This document shows positions 16,830 to 25,328 of a DNA stretch of 49,450 nucleotides, in pieces. The stretch is from a virus. Lineage: Duplodnaviria; Caudoviricetes. The position numbers and the translations under genes were made by a program. Position 1 is the first letter of the stretch, and each line of letters begins with the position of its first letter. The notes beneath the pieces are model-generated. The model was not told where the DNA came from, did not search any database, and worked only from the letters and a program-made list of their open reading frames with translations. Location: the IMG/VR virus record IMGVR_UViG_3300012933_000174, positions 1 to 49,450 of that record. One strand, written 5' to 3'.

Positions 16830-17200
16830 CCTTTAAAATAATAATTTAAGAATATTTAACTATGCTCTAATAAAGATATTTAAAGAGTATAATTAAAGAA
16901 TCTATTAATGGTGGTATTAATCTCTATATTAACAATTTTAAGTTGCTATAACCCGCTCGAATATACATCTTAATAGACACTTTATACGCTGCTATAACCC
17001 TTCCGAGGTGACCCTTACGGGAACTCTCTACCATATACATGGGGGGGGGGGGAGCTACAGCACTATGCCTAACGCGTCTGACTCTAGCCCTCTCCTCCCT
17101 TTATACGAGTTGTCTCAACCGTCCCTGATCAACGATTTTATAAAATAAGAACCCCGAGGGATTAATGTTTTATTAAGGTGTTGATTTCGCAACAAAAAAT
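16830..17200. promoter_or_regulatory. Large non-coding control region, probably near the genome end
   Basis: AT-rich degenerate repeats at 16830-16940; TGCTATAACCC twice (16944, 16990); G12 run at 17041. Confidence 0.55.
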
Positions 17201-17203
17201 CGA

Positions 17204-17632
17204 CTATGCGTGTTTTACACCCGTTTCGTAGTTCCAATCAGGAAATATCGTTGTGTAATCCGCCGTATCATCAAACGCAGTTGTTGCCAACTTTGCCGCC
17301 AAATCCGCAATAATATCTGGATCTGCACCTACGTAATCATCGACAGCCGCCTGAGCAACCCGCTCTTGCGCTGCTGAATACACTAAGTTCTGACCCTGTC
17401 CTGATCTTGTCCATGGATGCATGAAACCGTGACTGTGGTAAATAACCCGTCCTTCGTTCGTCGTACCATCTACACCTGGATCAAATGGATGATCCGTACA
17501 TACTACCAACAATGTGTCAGATTTCTGAACACGTTGTCCTTCTACACCTGACATAGTGTTCACTTCACTCGCCGCGTCAATTAATTGCGCCATTGTAGCT
17601 TTTACTATCCCATTCGTTTTCACTAAAGCCAT
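17204..17632 (-). CDS. Hypothetical, probably structural protein
   Basis: GGAGG RBS; last gene of the late block. Confidence 0.7.
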   Translation of the reverse strand: MALVKTNGIVKATMAQLIDAASEVNTMSGVEGQRVQKSDTLLVVCTDHPFDPGVDGTTNEGRVIYHSHGFMHPWTRSGQGQNLVYSAAQERVAQAAVDDYVGADPDIIADLAAKLATTAFDDTADYTTIFPDWNYETGVKHA

Positions 17633-17657
17633 ACTTCCTCCTTCCTTTTTTATTAAA

Positions 17658-18506
17658 TTATAAATCCGCTGAAGCTTTGATAGTTACAAACAATCTAGCT
17701 CCTATTGTTGCTGTTCCTGTAACAGTGTACGTCGACGCCCCTAAGTACGACATATTTCCAAGCGCTATTGCGGTTGCTCCTGAACCGTCATTATCTACAA
17801 ACCCAGAATATGTACACGTTGGAGTTGTCCTCATTGGTACTATAAATCTGAAGTCACTGTATTGTACAGATACACTTGATTTTCCTACACTCCGTGCGAA
17901 GTCCCATACTTGATAGTACCTCATACAGTCTCTAAGATCCTCAGCGTACGGCACTGTTCTATACGTATTCACTTGAACCTGTTCCAATTGTACTTGAGAT
18001 AATGTTCCTGTGTTAAACTCTACTGTACATGTCCCTGATGAGTACGACACTGATTCGTTCTGTCCAGTACCACTATATGCATGCCCATCTATTTTTCCTT
18101 GAGCAGTACCTACCCATGACAAGTACAATGTACTTGTCCCGAGTGGTAATCTTTCCGCTGGGATTATTTGTTTCAGACTTCCCGCTGATATTGTTAATGT
18201 CGTAATCCCAGAGGTTGCCATACTGAATGTATACGTGCATCCACTCGTGCCCGCTTTCCACCCATCATGTCCATACGCACCAGAAGCTAGTGTAACGGTT
18301 CCTGATACAGCCCTTTGATTCACTGCAAAGTTTGAGTTCCGTACTAGATTCCCGTACGGTACGTCTGAAGTCATGGCTATAGTTCCGTTTTTATCTGGTA
18401 ATGTGAAACTTCTTGCCGCTGTTAGACCAGACGCACTCAATGTTCCAAGTTTTATTTTAAACGTATTCTCCAAAGTCCCTAATAAGTCAGAGAGTATCTT
18501 GCTCAT
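17658..18506 (-). CDS. Tail fibre/receptor-binding-like protein
   Basis: R.FTLPDK.GT.A.TSD, NL..NSNF.VNQR, VQLE, L..C.RYY, F..PMRTTPT motifs typical of fibre C-terminal modules. Confidence 0.7.
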   Translation of the reverse strand: MSKILSDLLGTLENTFKIKLGTLSASGLTAARSFTLPDKNGTIAMTSDVPYGNLVRNSNFAVNQRAVSGTVTLASGAYGHDGWKAGTSGCTYTFSMATSGITTLTISAGSLKQIIPAERLPLGTSTLYLSWVGTAQGKIDGHAYSGTGQNESVSYSSGTCTVEFNTGTLSQVQLEQVQVNTYRTVPYAEDLRDCMRYYQVWDFARSVGKSSVSVQYSDFRFIVPMRTTPTCTYSGFVDNDGSGATAIALGNMSYLGASTYTVTGTATIGARLFVTIKASADL

Positions 18507-18508
18507 AC

Positions 18509-19192
18509 TTAGCTCGGTGTGCTATACGCAACAATTACTCTGGCTGCTCCAGATGATGCTCCACCCGCTGAATACGTCGTGATTAAACTTTCAATTCCCT
18601 GAGCCGATTTATTCGGAGTAATTTCAAACGACGTCCCCGCCGCCGCAGTTAAGTCAATTAAAGTAGCCGCCGCGTACTTACTCACACTTGATACAATACC
18701 AACTGACATACTCGGTGTTCCATTAAACGTTGTATCAATCACAACTGTCACGCTTTTAATTACATCTCCCACACCTGTTGTAAACATTGCCACACTACTT
18801 GTGCTTCCAAACGTAATGTCTGTGCTGTCTTCTTTTAAACAAGCGGCTGTACTACCTGCTGATACCCAACTCGTAACACCTGACCCATCTGTACTCAATA
18901 CTTGCCCTGGTGTGCCATCATCTACTGGCAATGTTAAATTCACCGCAGCTGTCATCCCAGAACTTGGTACTGTTAGTGTGTATTTCCAGTCTGCTCCAGA
19001 GCCTGCAGCATCTGAGTTCATGTCTAACACTAGTCCACTAACATTCAATTTCCCGACTGTTATATCTGCATCCGCTGTATCGCCAGCATTCCGCACCGTT
19101 AACGAGGTTGTACTCGCTGCTTTAATCCGTGGACCAGTTAGACCAATCCTAAAATATGATAATGATGTCCCATTAAGGTCTCTCCACTCCAT
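18509..19192 (-). CDS. Ser/Thr/Gly-rich virion or tail accessory protein
   Basis: LTLP.DDGT.GQVL.TDGSG..SW fibre-type motif. Confidence 0.6.
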   Translation of the reverse strand: MEWRDLNGTSLSYFRIGLTGPRIKAASTTSLTVRNAGDTADADITVGKLNVSGLVLDMNSDAAGSGADWKYTLTVPSSGMTAAVNLTLPVDDGTPGQVLSTDGSGVTSWVSAGSTAACLKEDSTDITFGSTSSVAMFTTGVGDVIKSVTVVIDTTFNGTPSMSVGIVSSVSKYAAATLIDLTAAAGTSFEITPNKSAQGIESLITTYSAGGASSGAARVIVAYSTPS

Positions 19193-19193
19193 T

Positions 19194-19655
19194 CTATGTC
19201 TCCAATATTAATGTAATAACACCTTTTCCTTGAGATGTCCCAAATCCTGGTATTAAATACGCGTTAACTAATGTATCCACACTGTATGCGTGAACGTTTG
19301 TGCATGAATATGCTCCTACTGAAGTCAAATCTATTCTACTTGCTCCAAATAATCTTAAGTTATCTCCAGAGTCTCCACACGTAAGTGTTCCTGATACATT
19401 AAACGCTTCGCTGATGAATATTTCAATCCCTAGAATCCTTTGATCAGCTTCTACCCATTGTATTGGCTTTGGCATTGGATCTCCATATGAAAACGCTGTA
19501 CTGATTCTGCCACCTCCCGCAGTTGCCCCTCCGAGTACTTCAATGAAAGCTGCTCCTGTGGCTGCATTCCCAGCCCATACGAACTCTCCTGGTATCAGTG
19601 GGTTTCTTACTCCTGGATGTTGGGTCAGGAGTATGTTATTTCTATCTCTTGCCAC
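19194..19655 (-). CDS. Hypothetical virion-associated beta-rich protein
   Basis: C-terminal domain resembles that of the next gene. Confidence 0.55.
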   Translation of the reverse strand: MARDRNNILLTQHPGVRNPLIPGEFVWAGNAATGAAFIEVLGGATAGGGRISTAFSYGDPMPKPIQWVEADQRILGIEIFISEAFNVSGTLTCGDSGDNLRLFGASRIDLTSVGAYSCTNVHAYSVDTLVNAYLIPGFGTSQGKGVITLILET

Positions 19656-19658
19656 TCC

Positions 19659-21536
19659 TTATCTCCTCTTTCCTCTGTTTCTAAAGCAAGCCCGTCTGTT
19701 CTTGATGTTCCCGCCACTCTTTTTATCATTTCCTAATAATTGATTAACCGTTGCCATGAATTCCGCACGTCTTTGTGCTTCTTCCTTTTCTTCCTCATCA
19801 ACGTTCATTCTGTTCTTCCAGTACCTTACTGCACTTGTTAATGCGTCTAGTCTATCGTCATGGATTAAACAATCTTTCATGTACGTCACTCTAGCCATTT
19901 GATGCAATAGTTGAAAACTTTCTTTTTGATAGTCTGGATATCTCGCAGTGCTCTTAACATCATAATCTAACACTTCAGGAGAGATTACTAGTTTATGCCT
20001 TGCCATAACTGGTTGCAAGTTATCAATCATTCTTTTCTGTTTATTCGCAGTTTCCCAATGGTTCTCAATTATAGGATATCCTGGTAATTCAGCATCTTTA
20101 AATGCTTTTCTAAGAACTGGTAATAGCATTACTCCGAATGCACCATGATCCATGTTCTCTTCAATTTGTATTTTGTAAATTCTGTACTTAACACATAACT
20201 CCGCTATTTCATTAAACACTCTCTGTCCATGACCACCTTCCGTCGCAAGCATTTCTGGTATATGGATGTAACCATTCAATAGGAAACTAACAACGGCTAC
20301 TGTTTCATCCGCGCTTCCGTCAGTTCCACCACCACCCGCAGGGTCAATAGCCATAACTTTATCTTCCCACTTAACAAACAATTCAGATATATTAAATGGA
20401 TAGAATAAGTCATGTTTCTTTTGTGACATATCAAGTATAACTTTCTTGTTCTGATCTGGTAACCACACTATGTTTGCAGGTCCTTTATCAGGCGCTACAT
20501 CAAGTACAATTAAGTTCCTAACTTTCAACGGATACAGATTTCTATCACTTAATGTTGTATCAAGCATAACCTGTAAGTTAAAATACGCTGGACCTTTATC
20601 CAACTCGTCAGCAGTTAGTTGTTCCTCGTTCTTTCTATCACTCGTTGGTTTTCCTCGATCACCATTAACACCACCGCCTCTTCTCAACGTTGGGTCATCA
20701 AGTACTTTCTTCTTAATGTACGGAGCAAGTCTATCTCCATAATATTCTTCTTCTTCGCGCGTAGGGTAACGACCTGGCCAGATTCTAACAGTAAATCCAC
20801 GTTCTTCAAGTCCATTATACAGTGAATCCACAGACTGTGGAGTTCCTAGATACAAAATATCTCCAGTGTTACAGATACTTGAAAAGTCTTTCGATAAATG
20901 AATTAACTGTTGTCTTTGTTTCTGGGTCAGGCCGTTCTTAGCGCTTTCAATATCGTCAGGAATCAGCAAGCCAGCGCGGCGACCCGCTAAGTTACTTGTG
21001 ATCCCAATACTCCGCACGGATGGACTCTTATCAGGTCCTTTAAGCATCCAATGAATATCGAACGCAGTTGCAGAGGTTCTGTCACCATGCTGCCTATCAG
21101 GCCGCAAACATTCCAAAATGTCCCAGTTGTCAATTACCAGCTTCACCCAAGTTGCGATCTCGTCAGCAACGTCAGCACCAGCAGATATAATTAATACAAT
21201 TAATTTCGGATCATGTATAATTCTCCAAACGGCATACGCGCCAGCAATCATACTCTTAGCCTGAGCTCGTTGGGCTTGTACCATTTTGTATCTAATCTTT
21301 TCTTGCATAAAGTTCGCGATGTCTTGTTGCAATTCATCTGTATCGAACCCTTTCACATCTTTAAAACAATCAATCATAAACGTCTTGAACAGTGGGTAAT
21401 GCTCTTGTAATGCTTTCAAGTCGTCCCATCTTTGGACGTATTCTTGATCCGCCTTTGACAGTCTTAAGTATTCACCTCGGCCTTCTAGGATTTCTTGGAA
21501 TTCCTCTTCTGTCCAATCATCCTCAATTACTGACAT
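19659..21536 (-). CDS. terL: Terminase large subunit (T7 gp19-like)
   Basis: QAQRAQAKS Walker A, LLIPDDIE Walker B, LGTPQ, IDPAGGG, HDDRLDAL. Confidence 0.95.
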   Translation of the reverse strand: MSVIEDDWTEEEFQEILEGRGEYLRLSKADQEYVQRWDDLKALQEHYPLFKTFMIDCFKDVKGFDTDELQQDIANFMQEKIRYKMVQAQRAQAKSMIAGAYAVWRIIHDPKLIVLIISAGADVADEIATWVKLVIDNWDILECLRPDRQHGDRTSATAFDIHWMLKGPDKSPSVRSIGITSNLAGRRAGLLIPDDIESAKNGLTQKQRQQLIHLSKDFSSICNTGDILYLGTPQSVDSLYNGLEERGFTVRIWPGRYPTREEEEYYGDRLAPYIKKKVLDDPTLRRGGGVNGDRGKPTSDRKNEEQLTADELDKGPAYFNLQVMLDTTLSDRNLYPLKVRNLIVLDVAPDKGPANIVWLPDQNKKVILDMSQKKHDLFYPFNISELFVKWEDKVMAIDPAGGGGTDGSADETVAVVSFLLNGYIHIPEMLATEGGHGQRVFNEIAELCVKYRIYKIQIEENMDHGAFGVMLLPVLRKAFKDAELPGYPIIENHWETANKQKRMIDNLQPVMARHKLVISPEVLDYDVKSTARYPDYQKESFQLLHQMARVTYMKDCLIHDDRLDALTSAVRYWKNRMNVDEEEKEEAQRRAEFMATVNQLLGNDKKSGGNIKNRRACFRNRGKRR

Positions 21537-22048
21537 ACAGAACCTGTTTCGATCATTCGTGCAATTGTCGAAAGAATTCCTTCTATATCAAATGCGATAA
21601 AGTGATCTTTATTGAGTTCTCTTCGTATTGTTCTGTCTAATTCTATTGCTTCATTTTCTGAGTGAACTCTACCATTTCCGTTGTATTCTATTTCCGAATT
21701 TCTACACAAAATAAAATTTATTGATTCTTGCTTATTGTGTAATTCTCTAGCTAATCTTCTAATTGATTCTTCCTTCGCATACACTGCACCTAATAATACA
21801 GGCGAGTCCGTAATTACAAAGTCCACTTGTCCGTTAAGTCTTTGTATGCGTCTGTTCTGTTTCGCTAATACATACAATGAATCTTCTAGTTTTTCCGTAT
21901 GACCTTCCCAGACTAAGTCCTTCGCGTACTCCTGTACTAATTCACACTCAACGTGCTGTTTCTTTAGTGCGTGAAATACTCCCGCAGCCATTGTGCTTTT
22001 ACCTATTCCTGGACCTCCAAAGAGGTTCACTACAACTGTATGCTTCAT
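21527..22048 (-). CDS. P-loop kinase/ATPase (AAA_28/NadR-like)
   Basis: NLFGGPGIGKST, EYAK...W, ITDSP..L, GR...E.EA..LD. Confidence 0.8.
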   Translation of the reverse strand: MKHTVVVNLFGGPGIGKSTMAAGVFHALKKQHVECELVQEYAKDLVWEGHTEKLEDSLYVLAKQNRRIQRLNGQVDFVITDSPVLLGAVYAKEESIRRLARELHNKQESINFILCRNSEIEYNGNGRVHSENEAIELDRTIRRELNKDHFIAFDIEGILSTIARMIETGSVCQ

Positions 22049-22353
22049 TCATCCTCCTCTGGTCTAGGTAATCTTTTCCGTTTTCTATTCTCCAACTTGT
22101 CTCGGAGTTTACCAAACGTTCCTTGTTGTTTCAATTCAGCTTTAATCTCATTCTGCTTCAGCAATGCCATTGCCATCATTAAATCATCCCGAGAAGCTGC
22201 TGATTCCGTTTTATCCGTTTTAATACTTACTGCGTTTCCTTCATCATCAATGATAGTTTCATACACTGCTTTCCTTGCTTCTAGCTTATCTAACACTATG
22301 TCAGTTACAGCTTCATGCATTCTCTGCAGTTTCTTAGCTAAATCATCCGACAT
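22045..22353 (-). CDS. terS: Terminase small subunit (gp18-like)
   Basis: Size and position; L...H..V and A...L..A...LKQN.I.A pattern. Confidence 0.65.
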   Translation of the reverse strand: MSDDLAKKLQRMHEAVTDIVLDKLEARKAVYETIIDDEGNAVSIKTDKTESAASRDDLMMAMALLKQNEIKAELKQQGTFGKLRDKLENRKRKRLPRPEEDE

Positions 22354-22759
22354 GTGGGAGTACCTCCAAGATTATATATACTAACGCCGCAGCAATCGTG
22401 CTCGCTGTTACATAAATTGTTTTTAACCATGTTTTATGGCTTGCTAATGCTGTGCTTGCTTTGCTTTCCGCTAAGTCTATTTTATCCAGTAGTGTTCTAA
22501 CATCTTTTTCATGTTCTTTTACAGTAATGTACTTCTGTGCTGTATGGTCTTTAACGTGCTGCTCAGATGCGTAATCATCTCTTTTTGCTGCTTCTACGTT
22601 CTTCTCGAGTTGCACACTCATTAACATCATCTTCTGATCCATTTCCAGCTGTTTCGTACGTAAGTCAATAATGTCTCTTTGGTTTTCAGTAGAAATCGAT
22701 AAAAGTGATTTAATGTCTTGTAATAAATTCGCTTCGTGCCGTGTTAATAATGAAAACAT
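22343..22759 (-). CDS. Coiled-coil protein with C-terminal TM helix (holin-position gene)
   Basis: Single C-terminal hydrophobic helix; directly upstream of terS. Confidence 0.6.
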   Translation of the reverse strand: MFSLLTRHEANLLQDIKSLLSISTENQRDIIDLRTKQLEMDQKMMLMSVQLEKNVEAAKRDDYASEQHVKDHTAQKYITVKEHEKDVRTLLDKIDLAESKASTALASHKTWLKTIYVTASTIAAALVYIILEVLPHVG

Positions 22760-25318
22760 CTACTCTCCTTTATGTTTCTCTTCAATAAAATTCGCGATCG
22801 CTCCAAAGAGGATCGTGTTTTGGTAGGGGAGTAATCCTCTTACTGCTTTGAACTGCTCATCTTTTTGTCCTGTGAGCGAAACCCCATTAGCTGCTACAAA
22901 CTTTTCTCCTAGACCAACTAGTGGTATAGTGCTTAAGTATTTTAATCCACCTTGACTTGCTGCCCCTTCTTTACCATTCCAAGCATCTTTCGATACCCCG
23001 AACGCAGCATGTCCAAAATCATAAACGTCTGGAAACACACCCATAAGCATGTTATACCGATAAATATCTCTCTCAATCTTACCTTGTTTATCTTCGATGT
23101 CTCCGAGTAATTCCCTTCCTTCAATGAAGTTCATACCCGCTGCTCCAATTTTAAATTGTGCAGTTTTCACGAGTGCAGCTAGTGCTGTGTTTATACCAAC
23201 TGATAACATACTTTCTGTATCAGCGAATTTGATTTGTCTTAGCAGTTGCTTGTTTGTTGCAACAATACTAAACTCTTTGAATTGTGTTACGGCTTGCCAC
23301 ATTACTGGGTTTATCCAGTTCGGCAGGTCGCTTATTAACGTTGTTTGTACTTCGTGGCTTTCTGCTTTAAAGATACCATACGCTAGTTTATCCTTTTGCT
23401 TCTCAGTCCATTTATCCAGATTCAAGTTCTCCAGTAAACCATCCGCATCCCATGTAGCATGTTTGAAAGCTGCTTCTAAGTCCGCATCTTTACCAAATTG
23501 ATCACATACTCCAGTTTCCATCATTCTTGGAATGCTCATGCTTCCTTTACCTGGATTCGTAGGATTAAAGTGTTTCGCTATATCAAGCATATAGCTTAGC
23601 ATGATTACTCTGCTTTGATATTTCTGTACCACGTCTTGTAAGTTCAGCTTTCCGAGTCCTCTTAACAGAGCTGATTTGCTGTGACCAAACGTAAGGGCAT
23701 TCGAAACTTTTAATGACATTTCTCTTGCTTTACTCATACTAATGTCCGCTGTATCTTCAAACCTTGCGTGGTTCTGTAACTCAGATAATCCATGTGCTAG
23801 TTTTGTCATTGCATGAATGTCCTGCATTAACGCATGTTCTGTCTTATTATTTCCAGATATACGTTTAACCTTTTTCACAAAATTTATGTCATGTGAATTA
23901 AAGATTACTCTTACTGCCGCTTGTCCAGAGTCAACCATTTGACTGATACCAGCTTTACCCATTCCTGATAGTGTTGCTAAGTTCATGAAGTTCCTCACCT
24001 CATTCGCTAACCCACCTCTGACTGGTCTACCAAACAATCTGTCCATGTAATCATCCATTAACTGGCTTATCTTACCTTCTTTATCTTCTGGCATATCGCG
24101 TAATAATAAGTCTTTTAATACGTCTATATCTGTTTGTGTTTTAATAACACCTTGAGTTCCCTTCGCGAGTCCTATCCACCCCGCAGCATTCCTCGCTTGA
24201 ATGTCAAATTGGGTTCTCAGGTCAGTGTTCAATAGGTCTGATATCTTAATACCAAACATTTCCGCATCCGCATCTATTGTTCTTAACAAGTCTGTTTTTG
24301 ATTGAAACGTGTTTCTATAACCTGTATCATCACCGAGTCTCTGTACTTCTTCGAATAATTTCTTGGCTAATATTCCAGCGTCTTTATCATCAAACTTGGC
24401 TCTTGAAAACCCTTCTTTGAATAATTTAATAACGTTCCCTGTACCGATGTCCTTGATTGCTTTGTCAATTTTAACTTTTTCGAATTTCAGTTCAGCGTAG
24501 CCTTCTTCAAACGGACCTTTAGCTAGACCATGTCTTGACAGTTCTGTGTAAATTCCTCTGTTCGATTCGTTTACTAAATCAGCTAGTGCTCTGACAACCT
24601 TCTCTTTGCTTCTTACTCGTCCCATTCTCATGTTATTCAAGTCTTCATAAGCTGCCCTATGTATTCTTTTTAATTCAGGATGTACCGCTTCATTTGTCTC
24701 AGCCAGAGTCCATTCTTTCCATGGGTTCATCTTTTGCTCTTGAGCATGTTCCCACATTAATGTTCTGTACTTTGGTTGAAAGTCACCCTGAAAGAGTTGT
24801 AGTTGTCTTTTTTGAGACTCTGCTGCCGTTTCCACGGCTCGCATTCTACCTGCTCTTCCCTCAGGATGACCAAACACTCTTACTGCAATCCACTTCCCGA
24901 CTGAGCTATTTGTCTGTTGTAATATTCTTCCTGGACCTTTATTCCAAGCTAATACTGTACTCATTACTGCTTCTGGTACTGATCTTGGTTCCATAGTCAT
25001 GTCAGCTAATTCAAGTAATTCCATATCGCTTTTGACAGCTTCAACTACCTTCTTCACGCTTCTATCATAGTTCTTTTTAAGAGCATTCTGCATTGCTACT
25101 TCAGCTTCTGGGTTGTCATCTAACACTTGATATCTTTTTAATTCAGATTCAGTTAACGTATGTCCCATGCTATCCTTCGCTCTTATCACTGGTTCTGCAG
25201 CATTCCGTTCTCTGATATTTGCTGCTTTAATCTGTTTTTTGGCTTCTCTAATTTCAGCATGTACCTTCTGTAGGTCTTCACGAATTTTTTCTGAGTTACC
25301 TAGTCTACATACTGCCAT
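22760..25318 (-). CDS. Internal virion protein, resembling the C-terminal part of gp16-like ejection proteins
   Basis: Helical; W..P.....TQFK.F...A..KQL.R and terminal LP.QN motifs; own GGAGG RBS. Confidence 0.65.
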   Translation of the reverse strand: MAVCRLGNSEKIREDLQKVHAEIREAKKQIKAANIRERNAAEPVIRAKDSMGHTLTESELKRYQVLDDNPEAEVAMQNALKKNYDRSVKKVVEAVKSDMELLELADMTMEPRSVPEAVMSTVLAWNKGPGRILQQTNSSVGKWIAVRVFGHPEGRAGRMRAVETAAESQKRQLQLFQGDFQPKYRTLMWEHAQEQKMNPWKEWTLAETNEAVHPELKRIHRAAYEDLNNMRMGRVRSKEKVVRALADLVNESNRGIYTELSRHGLAKGPFEEGYAELKFEKVKIDKAIKDIGTGNVIKLFKEGFSRAKFDDKDAGILAKKLFEEVQRLGDDTGYRNTFQSKTDLLRTIDADAEMFGIKISDLLNTDLRTQFDIQARNAAGWIGLAKGTQGVIKTQTDIDVLKDLLLRDMPEDKEGKISQLMDDYMDRLFGRPVRGGLANEVRNFMNLATLSGMGKAGISQMVDSGQAAVRVIFNSHDINFVKKVKRISGNNKTEHALMQDIHAMTKLAHGLSELQNHARFEDTADISMSKAREMSLKVSNALTFGHSKSALLRGLGKLNLQDVVQKYQSRVIMLSYMLDIAKHFNPTNPGKGSMSIPRMMETGVCDQFGKDADLEAAFKHATWDADGLLENLNLDKWTEKQKDKLAYGIFKAESHEVQTTLISDLPNWINPVMWQAVTQFKEFSIVATNKQLLRQIKFADTESMLSVGINTALAALVKTAQFKIGAAGMNFIEGRELLGDIEDKQGKIERDIYRYNMLMGVFPDVYDFGHAAFGVSKDAWNGKEGAASQGGLKYLSTIPLVGLGEKFVAANGVSLTGQKDEQFKAVRGLLPYQNTILFGAIANFIEEKHKGE

Positions 25319-25328
25319 TCTACCTCCA

